NCBI GenBank assembly: GCA_041657955.1
Contig: JBBABA010000006.1
Coordinates: 64,566 to 128,565, forward strand
Direction of reading: 5' to 3'
From: Thermoplasmata archaeon
GTDB taxonomy: Archaea; Thermoplasmatota; JASEFT01; JBBABA01
DNA: 64,000 nt
Below are positions 19,325-29,792 of this stretch, piece after piece. The translations under genes were made by a program, and so were the position numbers. Numbering within the stretch: position 1 is the first letter of the stretch; each line of letters begins with the position of its first letter. Below the pieces are notes generated by a model, which had not been told where the DNA came from, did no database searches, and saw only the letters and a list, made by a program, of their open reading frames with translations.

Positions 19325-19807
19325 TTAGTGCAAATACTTGCTTGCCAGTTCTTTTGCTTTTTCAATGATTACCTCGTCTTTTACGTCACCGGTTTTTATG
19401 GCAAAAGATTCCAATACCTTGCCGCCGTCTGCTTCTATTTTGTTGGTCATTGTTTTTATGGCAACAGTGTAGTTATCTCCGCCCATGGTTGCAAAAAGAA
19501 TTACGTTCCTATTGCGGAAATTAACACTTGAAATAAAAGCATTTATCGCAGGCACTTGTTTCCTGCCCCATATAGGTGTTCCTAGGTATATCGCATCATA
19601 ATCGCTAATGTCAAAATTTATCGGCTTTATTTTGCTTTTCAAACCCATAGCCGCGCTAATGCCGCCAGTAAGATAAAGAAGAGGGGCAGCGGGCCTCTTA
19701 GAAACTTCCTCGATTTGTCTTATATCTCCGCCTAGCGTCTGAGCAATTGCCTCTGCGACTAGCTTAGTCTTACCAGTTAATGAATAGTATACTATCAATA
19801 CCCTCAT
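19325..19807 (-). CDS. Flavodoxin-like FMN protein.
   Basis: MRVLIVYYSLTGKTK flavodoxin N-terminal motif. The start is moved to the internal ATG with an upstream G-rich SD. Confidence 0.65.
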   Translation of the reverse strand: MRVLIVYYSLTGKTKLVAEAIAQTLGGDIRQIEEVSKRPAAPLLYLTGGISAAMGLKSKIKPINFDISDYDAIYLGTPIWGRKQVPAINAFISSVNFRNRNVILFATMGGDNYTVAIKTMTNKIEADGGKVLESFAIKTGDVKDEVIIEKAKELASKYLH

Positions 19808-19902
19808 TTTGATACCCCGCTTCCCTGATTTATGTTCTAATATAAAGATAATATGGTAACGAACGATTTTTTCGATACATTGTCTCAACTAAATTTTTAT
19901 AA

Positions 19903-21924
19903 ATGATATACTATCTACTTTTCATGAATTCAGTAAATAAGAAAAAATTATTAGCAGCAACATTAATATTCATCATTGTTTTTGCAGCGATAGGGTACTA
20001 TTTATTGATACCGCTGCCCCCAAAAATCGTGCCTACAATAGAACTTCCGCCAAGATATATGGTACTCGTAGATGAGCCGAAAACAGAAAGTGATTTTGCA
20101 TTTGCGGCTTCATTGTCTTCCCTGATTGTTCGAAACAACACATACAATCCGTTCTTTGTACTGGAAAACGGCACCCTGGACGATCACCAATTATGGACAA
20201 TAAACAATATGAAAGCCAAAGATGTGCCCAAATTGCTGTTTACAAATTCAGTAGATACGTTAAAGAATATTAAATCTAAAGTAACCAATGTAACGCGATA
20301 TCCGACTAACAGCGACGCGCTCCGTGCCTTTAAAGGTTTTAGTGGTGAGATAACTGTGGGTTCGTATAAAGAATCACTGTGGGCCTCGCCTGTTGCACAT
20401 AAACAAAACAAGATAATTACCATCGGAAAATCCACATATTCTTCTCAGGAACAGGTATGGAGCGAGCTTAAAAATTCGGGCACAAACGCCAATTATGTCG
20501 TTGTGACAAACCCCAAAGACAGTTCGGTTTCGAATTTCAATGCTAGTGATAAAAAATATCTGATAAAATCGCTTTCGCTGATTTCTGCGGAAATCGCAGC
20601 ATATCACGATGCTTATGTTTTAACCGATATTGCGAATAGCGCACAAAGTATGCCATCAATTGATTCTAAACTTAACGGCGCGGCACTTGGAGTATGGGCC
20701 AAACTAAAGGAAATTTACACAAAATATGGACACATCGAATATATCGCTATGGTCGGAAGCGCACCTGCAGTACCTCAATTCCAGCTTCCGGACTTAGAGA
20801 GCGGGGCGGAGGCAGACGGGTTAGTCAACAGTGACTCTGTTTATGGATTGCTAGATAATGATACATATACGATAGACGCTGCGGTTGGCAGAATAATCAA
20901 CTATAATGTAGCTGGTGCCTCTAACATGATGGTAAGAACTTATGCTTACAACGACATAACTGACAAAGTAGATGTGGAGTACACATACACGGGCAAAGAA
21001 ACAGTAACATGGAAGACAGATAGTTCCTCATGGAACGGTTACGAAGTTGCTGATAAGAGAATGCAGATGACGCCCGGTTTATGTTTCAAGGAAGATGCAA
21101 ACGACGAGGGATTTACCTGCGACTACATGCGCACAACTGGTAACGGTGGCTGGATTTCTGATGATGCGAAAAGAGAGACAAATTTTAAACCGATAATGGA
21201 GTCGAGCGGGCTCGTTGCGTATAGGGGGCACGGCAGCTGGCACGCGTCGTTGTATGTATGGAAATCGTCGGAAGAGTACAGTAGGGACCGTTTGGAGGGC
21301 ACCACTGTAAGAAACTATTTCCTACCTCCGCAGATAGGAATGTTTGCCGCCTGCGAGAATGCCAAAATACAAGGCACAAACTACGGAGGTACGGAGATAG
21401 ATATGGATGCGCTTTTCTGTACCAATTATTTATATGGCGGTGCAATCGGTTTGATAGGAGCTACTGAAGTTAGTTATAGCTATGTCGGCCAGGATATATA
21501 TGTACTGACTTCACCGATTACAGGAAACCCGGATTGGGACAAGAACAACGCAATCTACGCATTCTTCTGGGATGGCATATTAAATCATGAGGACAAATAC
21601 GGCACAATAGGAAAAGCGCTTCAATGGGCACAGAACAGATATATGGCAAAGCATCCAGGTACAACACCGATAAAGGATTTCAATACAGATGATTGGAAAC
21701 AGGTTTCAATGTATGTTGTCTATGGCGACCCAGCGTTTAAACCATATCAACCAAAACCACCTGGCGCGAATAATTACGATCCGTGGCACAACGAAGGGGA
21801 GAATATTAACGTAGATGCGATTTGGGACAATTTGAAAGATACTAATCTCGCTCACCAATACATTGATTTGCGGCGGCTTGATACGGAACGTGCATTTTTA
21901 AACCAGCAAGAGAATAAATACTGA
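19903..21924 (+). CDS. Secreted protein with a clan CD (C25/gingipain-like) cysteine peptidase-like domain.
   Basis: N-terminal TM/signal. GHGS (candidate catalytic His) followed about 35 aa later by FAACEN (candidate catalytic Cys), matching gingipain His/Cys spacing. Confidence 0.5.
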   Translation: MIYYLLFMNSVNKKKLLAATLIFIIVFAAIGYYLLIPLPPKIVPTIELPPRYMVLVDEPKTESDFAFAASLSSLIVRNNTYNPFFVLENGTLDDHQLWTINNMKAKDVPKLLFTNSVDTLKNIKSKVTNVTRYPTNSDALRAFKGFSGEITVGSYKESLWASPVAHKQNKIITIGKSTYSSQEQVWSELKNSGTNANYVVVTNPKDSSVSNFNASDKKYLIKSLSLISAEIAAYHDAYVLTDIANSAQSMPSIDSKLNGAALGVWAKLKEIYTKYGHIEYIAMVGSAPAVPQFQLPDLESGAEADGLVNSDSVYGLLDNDTYTIDAAVGRIINYNVAGASNMMVRTYAYNDITDKVDVEYTYTGKETVTWKTDSSSWNGYEVADKRMQMTPGLCFKEDANDEGFTCDYMRTTGNGGWISDDAKRETNFKPIMESSGLVAYRGHGSWHASLYVWKSSEEYSRDRLEGTTVRNYFLPPQIGMFAACENAKIQGTNYGGTEIDMDALFCTNYLYGGAIGLIGATEVSYSYVGQDIYVLTSPITGNPDWDKNNAIYAFFWDGILNHEDKYGTIGKALQWAQNRYMAKHPGTTPIKDFNTDDWKQVSMYVVYGDPAFKPYQPKPPGANNYDPWHNEGENINVDAIWDNLKDTNLAHQYIDLRRLDTERAFLNQQENKY

Positions 21925-21974
21925 AAGATATTGACAAACAGATTTACCTATAACATAACTAAAGGCGTAATCAT

Positions 21975-23657
21975 ATGAAAAGAGCGAAAAACATTTGGAA
22001 ATCGAAAGAAGGAGTATCTGCTGTGCTAGGGGTGATACTCATGGTGGCCATAACCGTAATGATGGGCGCCGTGCTTTATGTTTGGCTCGGTGGACTTATA
22101 ACCAATCAAGAAGAAGTTTCAGCCAGGATAACCGTTTCGCCGGTTATAGAAAGGCAGCCACATACAGATACAATCACCACAGTAACGGCCAAAGGCTGGA
22201 TAAGACAAACACAATCTGTTGCTCCTTCTTTGAGATGCGGTCATTCGTTGGTTTCTATATATAACCGCGCCGACGTTTTACTTTTTGGAGGCAGTAAGGA
22301 TACTGCATTGTATTTATACGACGATACGTGGCTGTATAATACAAGCACTGGCACCTGGGTAAATAAGAACCCAACAACGAGTCCATCCGCGAGAAGCAAT
22401 CACTCAATGGCGAATGTTTATGGCGATGATAAGATAGTTCTTTTCGGTGGGAACATAGAGACAGAATCAAGAAACGATGAAACATGGGTTTATGACCTAA
22501 GTGATAATACATGGACCAATAAAGCACCGGCGAGTGCGCCATCTGCAAGAAGCAATCACTCAATGGCGAATGTTTATGGCGATGATAAGATAGTTCTTTT
22601 CGGTGGGGATACGGAGACAGGGCTAAACGGTGAAACCTGGGTTTATGATGTCAGCGACAATACATGGACAAACAAGGCACCAGCGAGTGCGCCATCTGCA
22701 AGAAGCAATCACTCAATGGCGAATGTTTATGGCGATGATAAGATAGTTCTTTTCGGTGGGAACACAACAGATATCGGGCCAAACGGTGAAACCTGGGTTT
22801 ATGACGTCAGCGACAACATATGGACCAATAAGTCACCAGCGAGCGCGCCGTCTGCGAGGGGTGGGCATGCGATGGCAAGCGTCTATGATTACAACCAGAT
22901 CATACTGTTCGGTGGGAGCACAGAGATCGTGATAAGTGAAAATACAGTGACGATACCAAACGGTGAAACCTGGGTTTATGAGTTCAACGACAACTTCTGG
23001 ATCAATAGAACATCGAGCGGACCATCTGTGAGGAGCAATCATTCGATGGCAGGCATATATGGTAGCGACAAACTGGTTCTTTTCGGAGGAAATATAACCA
23101 CTGGACTTAGCGGGGAAACCTGGATCAATAACGTCCTCTCCGTTACATACCATGCTAGTGTGGACTACCAATTAACAATTGCATCTGTTACCGGTGAGGC
23201 GCCGCTCGATAAACTAAAATTTATGGTAACCACGCCCCAATATGAAAAGATCACAGAGGGAACAATAATAAATGCAATTTCTATAGGCTCCGCAAACACA
23301 ACGGCAGTAAAACATGGGGATATACTATGGTATGCTATCCCCGGCGGTGCTTCTATACCATCGGAGCCGTATGCAAGCGGCAAATACTGGCATTCCGTAA
23401 ACAGCAGCACAAACATTACCCTAAATGCATCTTACATAGAAAACGCTGCTTTCATTATACTCGATAAAGATGCAGACGGCAAACTCTCGCCTTACGATAG
23501 TATTAGAATTTATGCAGATATAGACAATTCGACGATAAACAAAAATTATGGAGCAGGTGAAACAGGTTCAGGTATAGAAGTCTATGAAAATTGCGTATTC
23601 AAGATATCAGTTATCAAAAATAACAACCAGATAGTGTCGTTGACGCTGCCCGTGTAG
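21975..23657 (+). CDS. Class III (archaeal type IV pilin-like) signal-peptide protein with a Kelch-type beta-propeller.
   Basis: N-terminus KEGVSAVLGVILMVAITVMMGAVLY matches the archaeal pilin N-terminal domain. There are at least 6 Kelch-like blades (SARSNHSMANVYGDDKIVLFGG ... ETWVYD). Confidence 0.65.
   Translation: MKRAKNIWKSKEGVSAVLGVILMVAITVMMGAVLYVWLGGLITNQEEVSARITVSPVIERQPHTDTITTVTAKGWIRQTQSVAPSLRCGHSLVSIYNRADVLLFGGSKDTALYLYDDTWLYNTSTGTWVNKNPTTSPSARSNHSMANVYGDDKIVLFGGNIETESRNDETWVYDLSDNTWTNKAPASAPSARSNHSMANVYGDDKIVLFGGDTETGLNGETWVYDVSDNTWTNKAPASAPSARSNHSMANVYGDDKIVLFGGNTTDIGPNGETWVYDVSDNIWTNKSPASAPSARGGHAMASVYDYNQIILFGGSTEIVISENTVTIPNGETWVYEFNDNFWINRTSSGPSVRSNHSMAGIYGSDKLVLFGGNITTGLSGETWINNVLSVTYHASVDYQLTIASVTGEAPLDKLKFMVTTPQYEKITEGTIINAISIGSANTTAVKHGDILWYAIPGGASIPSEPYASGKYWHSVNSSTNITLNASYIENAAFIILDKDADGKLSPYDSIRIYADIDNSTINKNYGAGETGSGIEVYENCVFKISVIKNNNQIVSLTLPV
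22376..22830 (+). repeat. Three near-identical tandem 150-bp coding repeats (one Kelch blade each).
   Basis: agcaatcactcaatggcgaatgtttatggcgatgataagatagttcttttcggtggg recurs at about 22390, 22540 and 22690 with identical DNA. Confidence 0.8.
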
Positions 23658-23706
23658 AGAAAACTTTTGAATGCCTACAAAAAGATACGACCTTCAAATG
23701 CTCTGA

Positions 23707-25089
23707 TCACAACCGTCTCGGTGGGCACGGCGGTTCTGTGAGAAATCCCATAGAGACATACTTACACTCATACTGCCAATCACAATTAGAACATATTTTA
23801 CCAAGCAGTGTTCGTGAATTGAGCATTGTGTTTTCGTCTATTTGAATCAAAGAATCGCTATAAACAGAGCCGCTTTTCTTTTCCGGGAATTCGAGCAACT
23901 CAAATCCCTTTGGCACCTCATACAACTGCCCAAGTGCTGCTTCCCATGCATAAACATTTCTCAGCCCTTTCAATATCGGCCCCTGCCGGATTACCTTCGG
24001 TGCCTTGTTTAGAATGATCCCTATCAGTATTACAAAAAATACAGCACCGGCATACACCCACGTATATTTGCCCATTACCTCATATTTTTTGAGAAGCATC
24101 GGCATTATTTCTACGAAGTAACCTACCATCCACATTCCACACTCTACACCAGCGACTATCAACACCCATAGTGCTCTCTGATGCTTTGGCGCCCGGTATA
24201 TGAAATCCACTACCAATACATTGTATAAGATAAGGGCGATCCAAAAGTACAGTAGGAAACCATATCTAATTATTATTGGTGCAAGGAATGGTTTTAGGGC
24301 CCCGAAATATTTGTATTGGTATGCAAAACAAGGTGTAATCTGGAAGTATAACAAAAATAGCCACGCTGTGTATTCAGCACATATTGCAAATATCGTCCAT
24401 GGGACTCTGGTTTCTTTTGGTGCCCTAGTCAATGCGATTATTACCACTATCTGATAAATGATTGCATCAAATATTATCCAAGTCCATATTCCGAGCGGCT
24501 TATACTCATACGGCTTGAGCCACATTGGCGTTAATTGGTAGTTGTATGCGAGCAACCATATTGTGTAAATGACTCCGAGGGTAAGTAAAAACCACAGCCG
24601 TCCTTTGTGTTTGGATTGTCTAGATAAAATAACTCCCAAAAAAGCGGTGGCCAGTACATAATCTGGTATTAACCACGTAGCGATACCGAGAATCTCAAAA
24701 TCTTTTAGGAAATTTAACGGTTTTATGTACCCAAAAAAGTAAATCAAGAAGAATGCAAGATACGCGACGGTTGCTATAAAAAGAGCGACGAGAGTTTGTT
24801 TCCTTTTCTTGTTCGCCAGTATCGCATCTCGAACCCTCTCCTCCCTGGTCCGTGCTCTAGTCGTAGTTGTCGATGGTCCGGTAGTTGGCGGTCTAGTTGT
24901 TGGGGTTTCCTGTTTTTGTTGAACGTTTTCATCCAGTACCGGTTTAGGTTCTTCCTCTTTAACCGATTCCGTTGTTTCTGGTGTTGGTAGCGTCGTCTCT
25001 ACTCTCCTATCCACAATAGTAAACGCCTTTGGTTTTTCCTCGCTGCTCGGGTTTGTATTATACGAAGAAGATGAAGTATTTTCAACCAC
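23707..25089 (-). CDS. Polytopic membrane protein with a disordered T/P-rich N-terminal region and a C-terminal Cys cluster.
   Basis: About 10 TM helices. The N-terminus is low complexity (TTRPPTTGPSTTTTRA). C-terminal CSNCDWQYEC. Confidence 0.5.
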   Translation of the reverse strand: MVENTSSSSYNTNPSSEEKPKAFTIVDRRVETTLPTPETTESVKEEEPKPVLDENVQQKQETPTTRPPTTGPSTTTTRARTREERVRDAILANKKRKQTLVALFIATVAYLAFFLIYFFGYIKPLNFLKDFEILGIATWLIPDYVLATAFLGVILSRQSKHKGRLWFLLTLGVIYTIWLLAYNYQLTPMWLKPYEYKPLGIWTWIIFDAIIYQIVVIIALTRAPKETRVPWTIFAICAEYTAWLFLLYFQITPCFAYQYKYFGALKPFLAPIIIRYGFLLYFWIALILYNVLVVDFIYRAPKHQRALWVLIVAGVECGMWMVGYFVEIMPMLLKKYEVMGKYTWVYAGAVFFVILIGIILNKAPKVIRQGPILKGLRNVYAWEAALGQLYEVPKGFELLEFPEKKSGSVYSDSLIQIDENTMLNSRTLLGKICSNCDWQYECKYVSMGFLTEPPCPPRRL

Positions 25090-25127
25090 TGAAACTCACA
25101 CCGAAACCACATATAAATAAAACTATA

Positions 25128-26396
25128 TCAAGGCTTCTTTTTAAAGTAACCCTCGTCATAGAGTTGTTTCGATCGCTTCAACGCCTCGACTACTGGCATC
25201 TTCTTTCCAGCAAGGAAGCTTAGACATGCTCCGCCACCAGTGCTTACATGCCCTATACCCTTCGCTAGGTTTAATTTCTCGACTATAACACCAGTATGGC
25301 CGCCGCCCATTACAGAGTATCCTTTAGAGTTCGCTACGGCCTTGAAGAGCTCGTACGTTCCTGCAGAAAACGCATCGGTTTCAAACACACCTGCCGGGCC
25401 ATTGAGAATTGTTGTGCCCGCGCGTTTTATTTCATGTATGTATTCCGAGATAGTGTTCTTGCCTAGGTCGAATATTGGTTTATCTGTCGGGAGTTTAGAT
25501 ATGGGAATTTCTTTCCTCTGCTCATTGTCGTTCAAAGCCACATCTATGGGCATCAATATCTTTTCCTTGTAGCTTCCAAGGACTTCCTTTGTCATTGCAA
25601 CTGTCTCGTCGAAATCTCCCAATTCCTTTTTCATAAATTCTACATTGGGTTTGCCAATGTCAGTTCCATTTACATACATGAACATGTTTGCTACTACACC
25701 AGTAGTCAGTATTTTGTCTGCAATTCCATTCTTCAGCATGTTCAAAGCTACATCTACGGAGTCGTCTACTTTGGCACCACCCAAGATTGCGATTGTCGGC
25801 CTCTTTGCACCTTCCACTGCCTTGCCCAACATCGTTAGTTCTCGCTCCAGAAGCACGCCGGTAAGCATGGGAATTGTTTCACTGAAACCAGTAAGTGTTG
25901 GTTGAGACCTGTGCGCTGCCGCAAATGCATCGTTGACGAAATAATCCGCCAACGGCGAGAGTTTTTTCACAATGTGTGACTTTTTTTGGGTCTCGATAGG
26001 TTTGTCTGCCAAACTGATCTCTTCCGAATAAAATCTACAGTTTTCTAGAAGTATTATGTCCCCCTTCTTCATGCTCTTTATTGCGTCCCTTGCCTTGCTT
26101 CCGAACAAATCATCCACAAACTTGACCTTCCTCTTTACATGCTTCTCCAGTATCTTGGCATGCTCCTCGAGGCTTGTAAAGTCCTTTTTGCCAGGATTGC
26201 TTTGGTGTGCGATGACTGCCAGTTTTGTGTTTGACAATTTGTTTATCGTGTTTGTGCATTCCTGTATCCTGGTCTCGTCCAGAAATTTACCGGTTGCCGG
26301 GTCAATAGGTGAATTTATATCTACTCTTATCAGGACAGTTTTGTCCTCCAAATCAAAATCGTCTAGGGTTAGGAATTTTTTGGTCATAGAGATCAC
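25128..26396 (-). CDS. pgk: Phosphoglycerate kinase.
   Basis: Length and N-terminal substrate-binding region (LIRVDINSPID) are archaeal PGK-like, with hinge and C-terminal nucleotide-binding Gly-rich segments (GGGACLSFLAGKKMP). Confidence 0.85.
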   Translation of the reverse strand: MISMTKKFLTLDDFDLEDKTVLIRVDINSPIDPATGKFLDETRIQECTNTINKLSNTKLAVIAHQSNPGKKDFTSLEEHAKILEKHVKRKVKFVDDLFGSKARDAIKSMKKGDIILLENCRFYSEEISLADKPIETQKKSHIVKKLSPLADYFVNDAFAAAHRSQPTLTGFSETIPMLTGVLLERELTMLGKAVEGAKRPTIAILGGAKVDDSVDVALNMLKNGIADKILTTGVVANMFMYVNGTDIGKPNVEFMKKELGDFDETVAMTKEVLGSYKEKILMPIDVALNDNEQRKEIPISKLPTDKPIFDLGKNTISEYIHEIKRAGTTILNGPAGVFETDAFSAGTYELFKAVANSKGYSVMGGGHTGVIVEKLNLAKGIGHVSTGGGACLSFLAGKKMPVVEALKRSKQLYDEGYFKKKP

Positions 26397-26424
26397 TTGT
26401 CTAAAGGAATACGCTCATCTATAA

Positions 26425-27255
26425 TTATGTTTTTCGATTAACTTCAGAGTTCTTCATGAACATCGGGAAGCATCTTTTATCTTTCCTTGGATCGAAACCT
26501 TCAACCTCTTCCACATCGAGAGGCAAACATATCCGTGAGACCATCCCATGAAGCGAATATGGCAATCTGATCAATCGCATGTCACCTATCGTCACCCACT
26601 CGTCTATTGCATATCTCTTTCCTTTTTCTGATGCGATCTTTTCACGTTCTTTCCTAGTAAAAATGTATGCGCCCTCGTCCAAGACGTGAACGTGAAAACC
26701 TCTGCCAGAATAAACTATACGTAACCTGGAAAACTCGTTACTCAATTCGTCATACAAACGTTTTGTTTGTTTTTTTGCTTCGTTAAATTCATACATGCAG
26801 AAACCCAATCCCTGCTTCGCCTTCATTTTTTGTCCCAGACTGCCGTGATACGGGCAGGTTATGTTTTCGGGATCTATGTCAAAGACAAGTTCTTGCCCGA
26901 TAAAATTATCGTATGGACATTTCCAACAATTTTTATATGCTATTTTGCAGCTGCCGCAAATATCTAAATCTCTGCGGACTCCCCTATCGTAGTAAACGGC
27001 TTCTGGGAGATACTGGACAAAATATTCCGCAAGGTCCTTCACATCTTTGTAATCATCTATCACGACCGTATTTTTCCTAATTCCTTTGTACTCTTTCGGA
27101 TATATATTCGTGTGTCTTCCGATGATAAGTGCGAAAACTGTGTTCTTTTTCTGTCCAAGCCAATTTCTAACACCCTCGAGGTCGAACTCTTTCTCGTAAA
27201 ATTCTTTTCTCTCGTCTAAAGTCGAATATCTCATGCCGTGCGGCAGCCGGTACAT
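26425..27255 (-). CDS. Archaeo-eukaryotic primase (AEP) catalytic subunit, PriS-like and short (276 aa).
   Basis: AEP motifs: FDIDPE (DxD), SGRGFHVHV (motif II), DMRLIRLPYSLHG (motif III). Zn knuckle CGSCK...CWKC. Confidence 0.65.
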   Translation of the reverse strand: MYRLPHGMRYSTLDERKEFYEKEFDLEGVRNWLGQKKNTVFALIIGRHTNIYPKEYKGIRKNTVVIDDYKDVKDLAEYFVQYLPEAVYYDRGVRRDLDICGSCKIAYKNCWKCPYDNFIGQELVFDIDPENITCPYHGSLGQKMKAKQGLGFCMYEFNEAKKQTKRLYDELSNEFSRLRIVYSGRGFHVHVLDEGAYIFTRKEREKIASEKGKRYAIDEWVTIGDMRLIRLPYSLHGMVSRICLPLDVEEVEGFDPRKDKRCFPMFMKNSEVNRKT

Positions 27256-27352
27256 ACTATCTCCATTTCAACAAACTGACATAATGTACCGCTTCGTTCT
27301 TTTTAAGTGTTTCTTTTCAACATAATCTTTTCAAAAAAGACAAAAAAGATAA

Positions 27353-28339
27353 ATGACACCGATGCATACTCCGTTGGATTCTATGGACCCGACATTAGTG
27401 AAATTTCTCAACAAACAGCAATACCATATCGTCGGAGAACATTCCGGTGTCAAATTGTGCCATTGGATGCGCCAGAAATTGTTATACAATAGGCCCTGCT
27501 ACAAAGAGAGATTCTACGGCATCGCATCGCACCGCTGTCTCCAGATGACACCCACGATAAACCAGTGCACCAAAAGCTGCCTCTATTGCTGGCGGTTCCA
27601 GGGGTTTTCAGAAACAACACTAAAACGGTACGATGAACCTGAATTTATTTTAGATGAATGCCTAAAAAGCCAGAAAAAACTGGTATCTGGATTCAAAGGC
27701 GATGAACGGTGCAATCAAACATTTTGGGAAGAATCCAGGGAACCAAAACATGTAGCTATCTCACTTTCCGGCGAACCGACTTTATACCCCCAACTCGGAG
27801 AGTTTATTGGATTATGTAAAAAAAGAGGACTCACCACATTCTTAGTGACGAACGGTACAAACCCAAAAGCATTAGAAAATTTAGATACATTGCCGACACA
27901 ACTGTATGTTTCAGTGGATGCACCGAATGAGAAAATATATGAAAAATTGTGCTTTCCGCAGATTCCAAAGGCCTGGGAACTATTAAAGAAAACCTTGACT
28001 TTGCTACCATCGCTCGAAACTAGAACGGTAATCAGGCATACTCTCGTAGACGGCTGGAATATCGGAAATGAGAAGGATTATGCAAAATTGGACAAATTGG
28101 CAGATCCTATGTTCATAGAGCCGAAAGCATATGTGTTCGTAGGATATAGCAGAGAAAGAATGAATCTTTCCAATATGCCATCACACGAAACTGTAAAAAA
28201 ATTTGGAGAGAAAATCGGAGATATTCTTGGTTATAAATTGGTCGCAGAGGAAAAGGGAAGCAGGGTTGTGCTTTTGGCGAGGGATGAGAGGGCGGAGAAA
28301 GGCAGGAAAATAATCGAGAAACAACATAACACAAAATAG
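27353..28339 (+). CDS. taw1: Radical SAM tRNA 4-demethylwyosine synthase (Taw1/TYW1 family).
   Basis: CTKSCLYCWR radical SAM cluster motif. The upstream VKLCHW...CYKERFYGIASHRCLQMTP segment is characteristic of Taw1. Confidence 0.8.
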   Translation: MTPMHTPLDSMDPTLVKFLNKQQYHIVGEHSGVKLCHWMRQKLLYNRPCYKERFYGIASHRCLQMTPTINQCTKSCLYCWRFQGFSETTLKRYDEPEFILDECLKSQKKLVSGFKGDERCNQTFWEESREPKHVAISLSGEPTLYPQLGEFIGLCKKRGLTTFLVTNGTNPKALENLDTLPTQLYVSVDAPNEKIYEKLCFPQIPKAWELLKKTLTLLPSLETRTVIRHTLVDGWNIGNEKDYAKLDKLADPMFIEPKAYVFVGYSRERMNLSNMPSHETVKKFGEKIGDILGYKLVAEEKGSRVVLLARDERAEKGRKIIEKQHNTK

Positions 28340-28540
28340 ATACTGTGTTTGTTTTTGTCTTAAGCATTTTAATTTCAAATAAGATTTCCTCTAATCATGA
28401 AAATGTTTATAGTGAGTAATCTATTATGGGTTCGTAGGGAGAGGAAAATAACAATTGATATCGATCTCTCTCCGAAGATATCGAAATACTGGGCACTATC
28501 ACAATGGTACCCTACAGAAATTAGAAAATTAGGTGATGAT

Positions 28541-29791
28541 ATGGCAAGAAAGGTATGTATAATCGGAGGAGCTACGACACCGTTCGATTACGGCCCTACG
28601 GGGTTCGAGAGCATAGAAGGTGGTGCTGCGGAGTGTATCAGGGAAACGATGAAAGACGTCCCTGAGTTTAGGATGAGAGATTTGGACTTGATGATATACT
28701 CTCATTTCTCTGTGCATTTCGGCCATCAATTGGCGGCCGAATGGGTGATTCATGACCATCTTGGCCTTGTGGGCCTGCCGCATTTTAGAATCGAGAACGG
28801 CGGTAATACTGGTGGCTCAGCGCTCTATGGTGCGGCCTTGGCAGTTAAATCCGGAATGCACGACGTAGTCGGCATAGTTGGCTGGGAAACCATGGACTCT
28901 GTAGGCCAGTCCCAGGGAAGCGAATTTATTGCGTTGGCATCAGATATTAGATACGAGTTGCTGGTGGGCGGAATATATCCTATCTACTATGCAGCCATGG
29001 CTAACAAATGGATGAGAGACAACAAGGTTACAGAGGAAGATGTAGCCAGCATTGCAGCAAAGAACAGAAACAACGCGATGGACAATCCCAAAGCCCAATG
29101 GTATAGAAATGAGCATAAATATATCACGGTCGACGATGTGATGAAATCTCGATTAATATCATACCCAATAAAGAAATACGACTGCTGCCTCATGACAAGA
29201 GGCGTGGCATTCATGCTAGTTACGACCGAGGAATATGCCAAGAAAATTAATCCTGACTATTACTGCACGGTTGACGGTTTGGGTCTATCGAGCTGCACGA
29301 TAAGGGCAGGCGACAGACTGAACTTCCCAGGTTGGACTGAGCGATACGGCCCGAATTATCCCGAGATGACAGAGTTTGGTGCCTGCAGGGCATCGGCTGA
29401 GACTGCTTACAAACAGGCAAAAATTAAAAATCCAAGAAAAGAAATAGATTTTGGCGAGATACATGATGCTTTCAGCACGTCTGAGGCACAGATATACAAA
29501 GCGCTGGGACTTGCCAATAAGGACAATATGGCACAATTCCTGAGGGATAAAGAAACACACATGGAAGGAAGCATACCGATGAACCCAGGTGGCGGTTTGA
29601 TGGGTTACGGCCATCCAGTAGGCGCGACCGGTATAATGAGTTCTATTGAAGCGTACTATCAACTTACGGACATGATTCCCAAGAAACACCTAAGCTCAAA
29701 AACCCAAGTTAAAGACGCAAACACTGGCGTAGTAAACAGCCACGCCGGAACAGGGACAAGTATATCCAACTTCATCCTAAGGAGGGTTTAA
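28541..29791 (+). CDS. Thiolase (acetyl-CoA acetyltransferase, archaeal type).
   Basis: Thiolase-fold motifs. AGGTGA SD before the ATG at 28541 (the tracker start at 28397 is probably over-extended). It is followed by a DUF35 partner. Confidence 0.75.
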   Translation: MARKVCIIGGATTPFDYGPTGFESIEGGAAECIRETMKDVPEFRMRDLDLMIYSHFSVHFGHQLAAEWVIHDHLGLVGLPHFRIENGGNTGGSALYGAALAVKSGMHDVVGIVGWETMDSVGQSQGSEFIALASDIRYELLVGGIYPIYYAAMANKWMRDNKVTEEDVASIAAKNRNNAMDNPKAQWYRNEHKYITVDDVMKSRLISYPIKKYDCCLMTRGVAFMLVTTEEYAKKINPDYYCTVDGLGLSSCTIRAGDRLNFPGWTERYGPNYPEMTEFGACRASAETAYKQAKIKNPRKEIDFGEIHDAFSTSEAQIYKALGLANKDNMAQFLRDKETHMEGSIPMNPGGGLMGYGHPVGATGIMSSIEAYYQLTDMIPKKHLSSKTQVKDANTGVVNSHAGTGTSISNFILRRV

Positions 29792-29792
29792 A

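Noticed and set aside
22376-22830. Regularly spaced identical repeats that could be mistaken for a CRISPR-like array.
   Set aside because: The unit is 150 bp with no unique spacers, and it is in-frame coding sequence for Kelch blades.
28397-28540. A 48-aa N-terminal extension on the thiolase ORF.
   Set aside because: An internal ATG at 28541 has an AGGTGA SD, and the extension is hydrophobic junk. The tracker start is over-extended.
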